64,000 nucleotides of DNA from Amoebidium appalachense (Eukaryota; Protista; Ichthyosporea), in the NCBI GenBank assembly GCA_963693365.1, contig CAVNZM010000004.1, positions 6,857,093 to 6,921,092 on the forward strand, written 5' to 3'. Shown piece after piece: positions 1-21,330 of this stretch (positions within the stretch are counted from its first letter, which is position 1; each line of letters begins with the position of its first letter). The position numbers and the translations under genes were made by a program. Under the pieces are notes generated by a model that saw only the letters and a list, made by a program, of their open reading frames with translations, had not been told where the DNA came from and did no database searches.

Positions 1-250
1 CCCTCCCCCCACACTCCCCTCCTTACTTCCTCCCCTCCCCTCTCCCCCCCCATCCTCCCCCCCCCCCGTCCCCTCCCCCTCCTCCCCAAGATTCCGCCAC
101 TCCCCGACCACCACTATCACCACCACATCCACCCCTATTCCCGACCTATCCTGTCCCCCCTTCTCTATCCCCTTCACCCGTGTGTCTGTTCTTATTCTTC
201 CACGTAGCAGGCACTGCTCTTTGGCTCCCCCTCCCCCCCCCCCCCCCCCC

Positions 251-281
<31 letters not shown>

Positions 282-283
282 AG

Positions 284-671
284 ATACTGACTTGCTGGGT
301 GTCAGGGCTGTGGAAAAGGCGCAGGGTGAGGGCACCAGTCATCGCCTGGCTGACTCCACTGATGCCCGATATGGAAGGTACCGCTTATAACATCTCAGCT
401 GGACTTCCTTCAGTCTTTGCCTGATCAGCCAATAGGATTGACCCGGCAAGACCCACCCATGCTAGCCTATTGGTTGTAATTTGCATCATTACACTTATGC
501 ACCTCTTTGTCCACGGCTCTATTTTTGATCACTCCCTCCACCATATCCTCCCCACAAATCCCCCAAAGTCCTCATTCACTCCCAGCTAATGAACGTCCCT
601 CCTCTCTCGAACACACCCCCACCCCCCACCCCCACCCCCCTCCCCTTCTCCCCAACACCCAACACATACAC

Positions 672-706
<35 letters not shown>

Positions 707-866
707 CCACATCCACACATCCTCCCCCCCCCCCCCCCCCACCCACACACACACGCACAGCGGCGCACCCAGCAGCCCGGCCATCCGCCAGACCATGCTG
801 AAGAAGACGGTGGTGGGGGCAGTCAAGGCCGTAGACACGGGGGATGTGCTCAGCAGGCAGGCCGGC

Positions 867-921
<55 letters not shown>

Positions 922-1731
922 GTGTGTGCCGTCCTGTCCTCTCGTAGTGTGTGTATACGTGCACACCAACTAGGAGATGTGCCATCCTTTCCGTCTCTTT
1001 GCAAAACTCTTTGCAAAACTCTTTGCAAAACCCACACAAGCACACATTGCTGATTGGGCATCAGGAAGGCCTTATCGTAACACCCACCTTTCTTACTTTG
1101 TATTTGTAAAAGTGTCAGCAGAGCATCAAGAAACCAAGAGACAAGCAGCTAACAGCCCACTACCCCTTCCTCCCTCCCTCCCTCCCCTCCCCCCCCCCCC
1201 CCCCCCCCTCCCACACATACACACACACACAGCTCGACCCCTCCAACCCCCGTGCCAGCCCGTCGTCGTGGAGCCTCGATTGCAAGCAGCAGTGCTGATG
1301 GCAGGGCAGGTGGGCAGGCAGAAAGGGGGGAGGGAAGGGGGGGGGGAGGGGGGGGAGGGAATAAGTAAAAGGGGGAGATGGCCGGGAGGGGAATGGAGGG
1401 GGGGGGATGGAGGGAAGGGGGGGGGGGGGGGGGGAGGGTAAAGGGGTTCGGGGTGGACGTGTGCATGTGTCCGTGTACACTCATGGTATGTGTCTATGTA
1501 CGTGCCCTGTTCTTGCGTCTATATACTTGCACGTGTGCATGTGTGTGTACTAACCGGACCATTCCAGACTCTTCGTCCATCGAAGACACCAGCAGTCCCC
1601 CCGCCAGCCCCACAGCCAGCCCAGCCACCCGCAAGAAGAGACAGCTGAGCATTTTGGGCCGCAGATTCACCAAGGACACCAGCGATGGTAGGCCAGGACC
1701 CTCCCTTCCCCCCCCCCACCCCCTCCCCCCT

Positions 1732-1783
<52 letters not shown>

Positions 1784-2106
1784 AACACAGGCACGCTTCC
1801 ACGCACACACACACACCCATACGCACTGGCTGCCCCATCCCGCTCCTCCCCCCCCCTCCCCCACGTACCCCTCTCCTTAAATCACACACTCCGGTTGCTC
1901 CATCAGCACCCTCTATTCACCCATGGAATCGTTCTTTGGCCCTCACATGCACATAGACTGTGTGCTCGTGGGCACACCCACACCACCGCGCACCGTTCCC
2001 GTCATTACCCTCTCCCTTTTGACCCATACTCTTATCCTCTATCCATTCCAGCATGTTTGTGCTGCCCCCGGCCCCCTCCCCCCCCCCCCCCCCTCCCCCC
2101 TCCCCC

Positions 2107-2139
<33 letters not shown>

Positions 2140-2907
2140 TCGCCCCCCCCCCAGTACAGCTAACCCACCACCAATACACGAGCACGATCGATTTTATTCC
2201 CTTCCATCTCAAACCCCCCCCCCCCCCCCCCCCCCCCCTCCCCCACCCCACCCCCCATCTCCGTCCACAGACAAGAGTGCGCCTAGCACGCCCACCCCCC
2301 TATCCAGCAAGGAGGTCAAGGATAAGGAGGCCAAACCTCGGGCGTTGCGCTTCACCTTCAACATGAACACCACATCGTCCATGCCCCCCGCACAGGTGCT
2401 TGCTCCCCTCCCCTCCACGGCTTCATGCTCCCTACCCAGAAACAGCTGAATTTTTTTCACAAAGCCGCACTCAGCACTGCAACTGAACTCCAACGAAAAG
2501 GCACACAGTGTTCACTCATCTTTACTTCTAAGGCATTAAGGTATACCAGCACATGCACTGCTTTATCTTTAAGCCAATAGACACGCACATTGCATTGCCA
2601 CCCGCCTCTAATCCCTCTCCCTCCCCCTCCTCCCCCTCCCCCGCGCCCCTTCCCCCCCCCCCCACTCTCCTCCTCCCACCCCCAGGTGATGCAAGTTCTC
2701 GAGGCCCGTCTTCAGGCACTGGGGGTTGACTATGTGCACGGGGAGGCCTTCATGCTCGTGTGCACACATGCGGGCTGCCAGTGGGAGATAGAGGTGTGCC
2801 GGCTGGCCCGTCTGTCCCTGCACGGTGTGCGGTTCAAGCGCATTGCTGGTGACCCCGTGGTCTACAAGAATCTGGTGGCGGCATACACCGATGGCCTCAC
2901 ACTGTGA
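284..2907 (+). CDS. MARK: MARK/PAR-1 family kinase, 3' exons with C-terminal KA1 domain (5' partial, spliced)
   Basis: GT-AG exons at about 284-325, 761-869, ~1232-1309, 1568-1687, 2271-2395 ([16 protein letters not shown]) and 2686-2907 ([32 protein letters not shown]..., TGA). These match the MARK KA1 signature KPRSLRFTWSMKTTSS...[24 protein letters not shown]. The first three exons are tentative. Confidence 0.9.
995..1031. repeat. 12-bp tandem repeat (CTCTTTGCAAAA) x3, intronic
   Basis: Read directly from the sequence. Confidence 0.9.
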
Positions 2908-3787
2908 CGAGGAGTGGTTGGTGATGTGCACATGATAGATGGACTGTGTGGGCCAATCTGGGGCTCACTGAGTGTGGATCAGTGTGTGCATCCACGCACA
3001 AACACCAACACATACACGTCACAGGCACATGCTCAAGCGTACGGCGTTATTATTTGATGATGATCTTCAAAGCTCCACACTTTCACCAGTTTTTTGTGTT
3101 GGTATTTCTGTTATATAATCTATTGGTTTCAATCAGAGTAAGCGAGTGTTTTTCACACAACGTTTCTCGCTTGAACATTTTATCGGGATGCCTACCCCAT
3201 CTCCTCACCCCCCCCTACCTCCCCCACAACATTTCCTTTCTCTTGCTGTTCCGATTTCCTAGGCAAGAGAAAAAAGCAAGAAAAGAAAAGACAGCACACA
3301 CACATGCACATGGCAAACACGCTACACGCTAGCGCTTCTGCCATTCACACACGAGTCCGAACATTAACTTGCTTTTTGTACCCCGAAAAAAATAAGAGAG
3401 CATCTGTATGCTCGACATGCCCTGAAAATCCGTTTTTTCTCCCTTTTTCTTTTTTGCTCATAGTCAACCGTGTTACAAAACATAATAGTGTACAGGAACC
3501 CGTAGATCACCTCTTGTCATCTCAAAATTAATAGCCAACCAATTCAAACTATTAATATCTCGTCAGCGTACAAAGGATAGATATAAATGATGTGATAGCG
3601 ACAGTGTGCATAGGTGTTAGGCGTGTATAGATAGTTCATGCAGCGTTTTCTTGTTATCTAGTGAACAGAAATGCGTGGCCCATCAGTGGTGGTGCCCGCA
3701 TGTACAAATAATAAATATGTAACATAGTGGAAACACACACACCATCACAATGATGTATCATACACGCACACACACAGCATGCATATG

Positions 3788-3928
3788 CCTCAGTGTGTGT
3801 ACGTGCATGTCTCGTGTACGAAATACGCGTACACACACTGAGGCCATGATATATACGCGTACACACACTGAGGCCATGATATATACGCGTACACACACTG
3901 AGGCCATGATATATACGCGTGCACACAC
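3788..3928. repeat. 30-bp tandem repeat x~3.5 with an inverted partial copy upstream
   Basis: ATACGCGTACACACACTGAGGCCATGATAT repeats over 3823-3928. CCTCAGTGTGTGTACG at 3788-3803 is the reverse complement of part of the unit. Confidence 0.85.
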
Positions 3929-4979
3929 TCCAGGCCGGAGGCATACAAGCACACACTATCAGCGAGAATTAAATACACGTGTGTACACGGCTGAGGCACA
4001 GACCTGCACACCACTTAAATGCATGCGAACCATCGATCTGGCATACTGCGCATGCTTACATGCACAACGAAATATGCCTAGTTTTTACGGGCAGTGCCAC
4101 GGGCATTATCTACCATGTGGTTTTGCAGGCTATTATTAGCTGCAACCCATGCTCACATCTACCGAGCCACCTCGAAACCACAGATCTGATACCGGGAGGT
4201 GCACATGCCACCCACAGAGATGCGTGCACATGCACAGTGTGGGATCATTTATTGCTTCTTTTGCCCACTTGAGCGCTATAAAAGAAACGGCATTGCTAGC
4301 TTAGCCTGGCGCTTTTGAAATTTCATTTGTGGTTGCATGGTTCTATATATACACTTCGGAACTGAAGGACGTACTAGGGTAGGTGGTGACTCGTGCAGTC
4401 TGCCGTAGTACGGATACTTCGCAATCGCAGTTGAAGCGAGTCGCAGTGTGTGTAGTTATAAAAAAAATCAAAGTATCGTCCACTTAGTCTATAAACAGAG
4501 GTATTATTGTGAGCGTCCGTTAGCCGTACACACCCACCAACACATTTAGCTTTACAAGTTTTACAGTTTTTTCCTCAAGTGAAGTCCAACACAATGATCA
4601 CACTCTACTCTGGTGCAGCCATAGGAGGGTATTACAGGCAATGCCATGCCCAATGTGATTGATGTTTATTTATTTTTCTACTTCTAGTCAGCGAAAACAT
4701 GTGAATGCTTATGGCACTACCCATAAAAAAGATCGGCTGCAAATCAACCATTCACATTAGCATTTTACTTATTATCCCAAGGAATCATCGCCCCGAGTTG
4801 TATTGGGGCGTGCTCCACACCCTCTCATTGCTTCTCACTCGTAAATCTCCCAAATCTTCAGACTCTATCGGGTCCCAGAAACTATTTCCTCCCCTTCCTC
4901 CCCCCCCCCCCTTCTCTCGACACTGTAACCCGCCCCCCCCCCCTCCCCCCCCCCCCCCCTCCCCCCGCGGGCTGCTGTG

Positions 4980-6166
4980 TCATGCACACGGGTACATGAG
5001 GTACAGCTCGACGGGTGTGTTTCCGAGGGTGGGCCTGGTACACTCATGCCATGTTGGGTCACCCCCTGCCTCCATGGCGGCTGCATGTGCCTCACAACAT
5101 TCCCCCACACCCTGTTGCATGCTGGCTGGGGCGGCATAGTGTGCAATCAACCTCTCGAGGGATGGGAATGACCTCTCGTCGGTGAGCGAGTAGGACGGTG
5201 GGCCGTGGGGGTGTTGTGTGGCCGTGACGATTCTACTGTGTAGGATCTGCCCTCCACAGTTGTACGATAGCGTGTACGTGCCCGGCATGGACTCTGACTC
5301 GCGGACCAGAAACGCACCGTGACGCCCGTCTGATGCCAAAAGAACCTCGGATTGGTGGCGGGTTATAGGGCCGCGGTACCATGGGGGTAGGGTGTGGGTG
5401 ACGTGGTGGTGCGGTGGGTTGGAGGGGAGGGAACGTGTGTACTGGGCCTTGGTGTGGGTCGGGTTGAGGGGCGATGAGAAGGGGGGGGGTGGAGTAGGAC
5501 TTGCTGAGTGGGCGTAGGGGCTCGGGGGGGCTGCGTGTTGGCGGTGTGGCTTGAACACGCTGGATGGAAGGCTGCATGGGCAGTGGGGGTATGTCCGTGG
5601 CAAGGGCCTGGGGGAAATGTAGTCGTTAGCAAGGTGGTGGTGTGAGAGATAAGGTGTCCGTGCATACCTTCACATGCAAAGTTCGCAAAATGTCTTCAGA
5701 GATGCAAAATTCAACCAAAATTGATCGAGGGCTGTGCGAGTGGGGGAGGAGATGGTTGGGAGGAGGGAAGGTGGGAGCGAGTGGTCTGAAATGGCAGGAA
5801 GTGAGTCGGCATCGTTTAAAAGCTTGACAAAAACGAGCAAAACGACATGTTGGGAAACAGCCGGCTAAAAGGGAAAAAAAAAAAAAAAAAAGGCCAGTGC
5901 TTGGTGACATGCATAGCAAATGCAGCCATCCTATTGGACACAGGCTTTTGGACCTACCCCGAGCTTTGCGTCGGCCTCACACCTCAGGCAGCGGGGATTG
6001 GTTGGGCCCGTGTGGGCCACGAGGCAGGCAAAGTGGAATGTGTGCCCACACCCCCCCGTGTACAGTGCCCGGCCGCACTGGCTGACGGGCTCTGTGCACA
6101 GCTCACACACCTGCTGGCAAGAGGGTTCATGTCAGTGGTTGCATGGGATTTGCATCTCTCTCTCTC

Positions 6167-6215
<49 letters not shown>

Positions 6216-7307
6216 TGTGCGTAAATGTTTGACATTGACGAGCAGTAACATCCCCCCCCCCCCTTCCCCCCCTTGTGTATCATAGTTTACCAAATTCTTC
6301 TGCCCAAATCCCATTATTTCACATTTTGTAGTGTTTAATGTCAACCAATCACGCGATAGGGAGCCCCTACGTAGACGGAACAATACTAATCAAGAATTCT
6401 TCATGATCCTCTCGCTGTGATTGATCACATTGTCACACATGCACTCTTACTACCACCATGCACAGAACTGGGCTGACTTGTGAATCGGATTTTTCCCTCC
6501 TCAAATCTACTGAGTGTGCCTTTTGTTTTTTCCCCCCTTCCATTTTTGGGCTCCGGATGGTGGTGGTGGTGGTGGTGGTGGTGGTGGTGGTGGTGGTGGT
6601 GGTGGTGGGGGGGAAGGAGGGTTACGCAAGGTATTTTCAGTGTGTTTCTTTGTATTTTCATTGTGTGCGTGCACATGCGTGTGTTCTCCAGAAAACAGAG
6701 CGGAGGGAAAGCATTGAAAGGGAGGTTGTTGCATACGTCTTCCGGTGGGGTCTCAGTGGGCCAGTAGAAGTTCTCTGCCGACGTGTTTGTTTGCGGCCCC
6801 ACTGCCCGCCGTTCACTGCCGGGCCGTGACCTGCTGTGGCCTAGAGGAAATATGGGTCAGACACCATACTAAGACACTGATGCTAAAACAGATCTCCACG
6901 CAACAAGGCCCCACGTACAAGCATGTGAGTCAGGTGTATGGGTGAGCCCATGCCAAAGCAAACATTGGCAGCTTCACCTGATATCTTTTTTGCAAGATCT
7001 GGAGTCTTCATGGCATGGTCTACAGAGCAATCCTACCTTTCAAGCTTTCCGCGGCAACCACGAGCAGGTCTGTGCCCTCACATGGATACTCGGGGGGTGG
7101 TGGCAGCCACTCCACCCCTGGCCCCAAAGTGTGTCTCCTGGGGGGCAGATCCAGCGAGCCATATGCCTGCCAGCCAGCACCCGAGGGGTTGCATGTGTCC
7201 GTCTTGGCTGGGCTGTCGATCACGTGGCTGACTGGTGGCTTCTTTGCTCCGTGGCAGCTATGGCGCCTAATACTAAACCAGCGACTGACGCCTCCAAATG
7301 GGCCCAT
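4980..7307 (-). CDS. RING-H2 finger + Pro-rich linker + SH2 domain protein (4 exons)
   Basis: Exon 1 starts at ATG 7307 (MGPFGGVSRWFSIRR...; donor position uncertain). Exon 6830-6737 ends ...TETPPED. Exon 6110-5958 reads VCELCTEPVSQCGRALYTGGCGHTFHFACLVAHTGPTNPRCLRCEADAKLG (C3H2C3 RING). The last exon, 5607-4980, contains WYRGPITRHQSEVLL...GAFLVRESESMPGTYTLS...FPSLERLIAHY (SH2 with FLVRES). A one-base frame change is needed inside the last exon, probably at the G-run ~5480-5489. Confidence 0.8.
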
Positions 7308-9136
7308 GGCGGCTGGGCAGGTGCATTGCTTGGCCCCAGGCACGGGTTATAATTGTGATAAAAGTGAGAGATTATGCTGAGTGCTGGAATACAGCGCAAG
7401 CAGCTGGGGTTGCATTTGAAACGGTGTAAGTCTGCGAGTAGGACTGTGTTGTGCCAGGTGGACACAGAGAGAGTACAAAGGGTGTTGGCCTGTTGATTGT
7501 GTGTAGACTATTGTGGTAATGTGCTACCTTGTGTGGAGCTTTTGTCCAGCTCCTTTCGCGATGTAAATAACGATGCCGAGCTCACACAGGGAAGCTAAAT
7601 CGAGAGCCTAGTGTACATCCAGGTACTGTTCATTGGTAGGTTACTCATTCAACATTTAATAATAATTAATAAACTATAATTGCACTGTCAACATCATACT
7701 TGCATGGGTAATCTGCTACCGAGCCAGAGACACGCATGGTGTCTTGCTGTGTCGATCAGAACCTCGCAGAGAATGGACGGGCACAATGTGAACATGCTCA
7801 CCGCTACAGAACATTATTGTATGTTGTCTACACAGCAGAGTACCAGCTGCGTGCACTGCGCTCGTGTGCGGAGGTGTTTTGGGGGCGTGTGGGGTGGCAC
7901 GGCACCCCTGTGTAAGGAGGGATGCAAAGTGGAACCTTCTGAAGACGCGATAGCGCAATGACGCAGGCCAATAAATTCCAAGATGTTGATTGGTTGGCGG
8001 GGGCTAACCCAAGCATACCAGAGTGCGCCGGCTGCTGGCCCAGGGTCATGCTGTGGCCCCGTGAGAGGGAAATTCCTTTCAGTTGAAGCGTTGAAAACAT
8101 TGTGCGAGGTTTATTTACTGGTAATAGAGGAAAGGAGTCGTAGCAGGCGGTATGCTTACAGTGGGAACTTTTATTACGGTCTGCTGCCTGGCTCTTGCAA
8201 ACTACGTAGGGCCGAAGCCGACGGCCGTTCCGTACGTGATTTACTGTTCACTGTCCTGGACACTGGATAGATTTTTATCTGTGGTATGCAGTGGCAGTCA
8301 GACAGTCTGCTTCACCCATTCCTTCATGATGCCTCTTGGTGCATTGCTATTGATATTTTAATATTATCAAAGAGATCATCGAAAAACACCAAGAGTGCGT
8401 TTTTGAATAGCATGTAGATGAACAATGAAAAGCATCATCTGGATTTCTCTATCAGAGGCCAGAATAATAAGGCACCAAAAAGGGGACCGGTTTGGACCCG
8501 TTGTGATTGGGCTGTTTCTTTGTTCCCGGAATCCCAGCGAAGAGTTTGAGCAGTAGGAATTCTCAAGGACAATAGTAACCTGTGTACATATGAACACAGA
8601 TATAGGTTTTTTTAAATTGAAGAACATAGAAAAATCATAAATTCTTTCTGGCGTTTGCTTGAGATGATCGTGGATACTTAGGTATATACGTATGGATGTT
8701 GACGTCATAATAGCAAAAATGTGAACTGGAATGCCGCTATTAATGGGCATCTGCCATTGGTGGAGCGATAGCATGGTATTCTGTGGTATGCGAATGGGCA
8801 TTCCACAGGCCCACACGTCACAGTCGACCGCTGTGAGGCTGAGCCTGTGACACCACCGAAGGCCTTCCAAGCTCTCACGTGGAGTACATGTGTTTGCAAG
8901 CTTGAGCAGGCAGCCAGCTCAAACGAGAGCTGTCATTACTAATATAGGCCTATATTATAATTCTAACTTGGCAGGCACGTGGCTTCTGCATGATACGTGG
9001 GCAACAAAACGATGCGCATGCTGCAATTGCCTGGCCCCAAGTACATAATATTATTCCGTGCACGGTGTGACACGTGCACGAAACTCAGTTGTACGTGTCC
9101 GTCACACGCGTATGCCCTACTCCTACCGGCGACCTT

Positions 9137-10218
9137 TCACGTAAACGACAACGTTCTTAAAAATCGTATTAGGGTAGAGTTGGCTCGTAAGCGGTTAGCT
9201 TTCTTCTCGGCTAATATTTTTAAAGACACACCCCTCCATCCTTCTATTAGACTTACATTTATTCGCACTTTTGTCTTCCCGGCATGTGAATATGGTTTAC
9301 CCCTTCTCGCCGCTTGGATCAAGAAAGAGAGAACTAGAGCGCTTAAACCCTTGGCAAATTTCCTTGAAGCAGAAGTTGCCTCCTTTCTATCTAACAACTG
9401 TTGTAAACCTGGGCCTGTAACGCTCTCGATATATGGTCTGGTCCCAATAGCTGCTAGAGTATCCTATCTCGCGCTGAAATTCAATAAGCACATAAGCCGC
9501 TTAAAGAAGTATTTGCCCTCCCACCCTCTCTTCTCTATCCGACCTGTCCCCTCCTCACCTCTCCCCTCTTTCCTCCCCTCTCTCTCCCCTTCTCCCCTGG
9601 GCACAAATACAAATAAACCCCGCAATAGTGTGTGTGTGACTTTGGACTGCCACTTACTTATTAAACATGTACACAATCACAAGATAATCACGCAATATAA
9701 CAAATGGAAAAAGATACCACACGACACTAGACCCGATGAAAGCATACACCTTGAAAAACTAAGCCTTATGTCTCGTTTTATATATACTGACCGCCTCAAC
9801 CATATTGCCAAATATGGCACTCGCAAGTGTATAACACCTAAATACATATTACCTTCCTGTAGAACTGGTCTTTCTCTAGCTGATGGTATTATTGATCAAT
9901 TACCACGCTTTTACTGTACACGTGCTATACAGTGGAGATCTAATAAGTATAAGGTGGCATCATTTGCATGCCCAAACAACACACACACACACAGTTTAAC
10001 CGGTCATGTATCGCCAAATGTAGTTTGATAGACCACATAATACCGCAACACACACACGTCACATTCACAACAGACACCCAGAAAGATAGCCTACCTGTAA
10101 ATTACAACATCCTTGATTTTATACTAAACACGCGTAACTACGACCTGTTTATTAGATGTATTGATTGGCTTGAGAAACACATCACTACAAAATTATAGCG
10201 CACGCGCACACACACACA

Positions 10219-10273
<55 letters not shown>

Positions 10274-10305
10274 CCAGCTGATACCGAGTGTCCCGAGGGG
10301 AGCCC

Positions 10306-10343
<38 letters not shown>
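9137..10343 (+). mobile_element. 5'-truncated non-LTR retrotransposon (RT thumb and C-terminal region, short 3' UTR, poly-A tail)
   Basis: The ORF contains RLTFIRTFVFPACEYGLPLL, typical of the post-RT thumb of LINE ORF2. The C-terminal Cys/His segment (QWRSNKY...CPNNTH/QFNRSCIAKC) is split by a frameshift at an AC run ~9980-9992. Stop at 10198, then (CA)n and an A-tract at 10310-10343. No introns; base composition differs from host genes. Confidence 0.7.
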
Positions 10344-10344
<1 letters not shown>

Positions 10345-10490
10345 GGGGAACCCCAACTAATTGATTTCTCCTTGTAGTCTTTATGGTGTCTCGTAGAGAA
10401 AGTAAACCCTGATATATAGTCACCACCCGACATCTATGTACGTGATCATGATATACCGCTGAGGGGATATTCCGAGCAAAACCCCCCCCC

Positions 10491-10538
10491 CCATACCTGA
10501 GACTGGTTCTCTTTGCCTCGAGTAAACAGCGTAAACCC
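10491..10538 (+). repeat. Short dispersed repeat (other copies at ~11326-11363 and ~21810-21840)
   Basis: TCTCTTTGCCTCGAGTAAACAGCGTAAACCC is identical at ~10508 and ~21810. CCATACCCGAGACTGGTCTCTGTGCCTCGAGTAAA is a variant at ~11326. Confidence 0.75.
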
Positions 10539-11013
10539 CTATTATATATCCTACCAGGCAACCAAAAAAAATGCATTATGAACGCTCTTACCGCGTTCAA
10601 ACACAATGACACCCGATACAAGTGTTTGTTCGAAAAGTGTCTCACGATCTTAATTACAGGCCCACTGGACACGTGCACAGGCATGCAAACAGGCATGCAA
10701 ACAGCTCATGCATAGTACACGTGATCTAATCATCAGATCATAATGCGGTAAACGACCACACTACAATGGTGACACCTCAGTGACCTCACGTGATCAGTGT
10801 ATATGTATTGTAAAGTGACCCCAGTGAGACTTGATGACTCATGAGTCCTGACACCGTACGGAACTGCTCAAGCATGCACATGGCGTGCATCCAGATGGAT
10901 GCTTTGACTACTACTACAGTACACACACAGATACACGCACACAGAAGTATATACACACACACACATGCACCGACACACATGCACATACACACACAGCGTC
11001 ACACACACACACA

Positions 11014-11112
<99 letters not shown>

Positions 11113-11153
11113 GGGGGGAGGTGGGGGGGGGGGGGGGGGGGGGGGCAGGGCGG

Positions 11154-11189
<36 letters not shown>

Positions 11190-11800
11190 GGTGGAGGAAG
11201 GCTGTTACATGGCAAAAAATGATTATTATGCTATTTTCATGTACTTTCGAAAGTTCGTTAGTCATGAGCTTGGTGCGCAAGGAACAAAAACCCGGTATTG
11301 TACCTGATAGGTCTAAGAATACTCCCATACCCGAGACTGGTCTCTGTGCCTCGAGTAAAACCGCTACTGTACAGTGCAAACGGGTGGGACCCTTCAAATT
11401 TCCCAAGTATATTTGTATGACATGCATAGGCCATGACGCCCATGGGCACAAAGGGATACAAAGCTGAAGAGTTTATTAATTGTGGACATGGGATTGAGTC
11501 TGGTGTTCATACTCGTGAAGACTTCATTCGAATTCATATCATGCACAGCACTGTATGGACTGAAAACTGCTCTAACCATCAATGTTTGGAGGCATGCCAC
11601 ATGCCAGCAGACTGTGCCGTTATACAATGGAGAAGTGGACACATTGTAACTGGGTATTAATTTACTAAAGTGAATAATATCACGCGACATGTACTGACTT
11701 ATCACATACCACAACCCACCCAAATACAGCGGTATTGGAGTAAGATGTTGATCACTGAAACATGTAAAAAGTAAACAATAAACCTTTTTTTTTTTTTTGT

Positions 11801-11836
<36 letters not shown>

Positions 11837-12427
11837 CAGTCTGAGTAGCCAATGAATATCTACATTATCTGTGTGATTCAATGATAGGCGGGGGTACCAA
11901 ATATCGGTATTTTATCAGCCCAGCAAACCACACACAGGGTCATGAGTCTTAACCGGTACCACATGGCTTACTCACAAGCTGCCCCGTCATTCAATTTTGC
12001 ACCACTTCTAAAACTCATCACTCTTTCCAATGCAAACCCCTAGATGCTCACAAAAAAGTAGACCATTAGTATGTCATTCGACTGAATGACCCTTCCTGAA
12101 TACCCTTGGCCCAAAATCATTGTGCCCAAACGTGGCATTATCTGGTTTGAAAATCCGCCCACCTACCAGGTACGTGCGGTTGCAATGTAGTGCCCTACTA
12201 CGTGTGCAGGTGCAGCCTGTCATATTCCTTCAGGCCCATGGACATCCCCTCACCCAGCACTACCGCTGCATCCCCACACACCCTGCAAGTGTGGTGTTGC
12301 CACAGTCATCGGTGAGTTCAGTTTATAGATAGCACATGGCACACCTCCGAACCGATCCCCCCCTCCCCCCCCCCCCCCCCCCCCCCCTCTCCCCCTCCCC
12401 CTCCCTCCCTCTGAGCCTGCATCCAGA

Positions 12428-20793
<8,366 letters not shown>

Positions 20794-21330
20794 GGCCAGG
20801 ACGCACAGGCTGGGTCAGCCCCAAGGCCTGGCTGGAGAGGTACAACAAGACAAAGTGAACCGGTCGCAGGGATGGCGCGGGCGCCGCGGACTGGCTACAC
20901 AACATACGCACGGAGGGCGTTTATGTATCGTATGGACACTTTGGACGTCAGTCACGGTGGAGTGGAGCTCACGATGAGCCAGCCGTTGTGGATCCGGGCA
21001 TAAGATCAAGCATACACATAACTGATTGGATGGGAACGCATCAAAGCGATTGCGCAAACACGCCCGGTAGTTTACCGGCGGTAGACGGTAGGCTATATGC
21101 AGCTATATGGCTCTTGTGAGTCACCAGGTAACTCGCGGTGGTGGCTCGTGGTTGTGACTCTTCTTGGTGGCTCGCGGTGGTGACTCTTCACCGGGTGGTG
21201 GCGGTGGTGGTGGTCATAATGAGTGGTGGTGGCTTTTTGATTATTATTAGTAGTGGTAATGGTGGGGCTGCTGGTGGTGGTGGTCCGCCTACGTATAATC
21301 TCCCTTCCCCTCCGTGAACCCCCATTCATA
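20794..21330. promoter_or_regulatory. Probable bidirectional promoter / 5' UTR region
   Basis: 537 bp lie between the divergent ATGs at 20793 (-) and 21331 (+). The segment is CpG-rich and has a reverse CCAAT box (CTGATTGG) at ~21022. Confidence 0.5.

Noticed and set aside
8376-8870. 164-aa ORF on the - strand upstream of the RING-SH2 gene
   Set aside because: No recognisable motif and no convincing splice context; it may be decayed transposon sequence.
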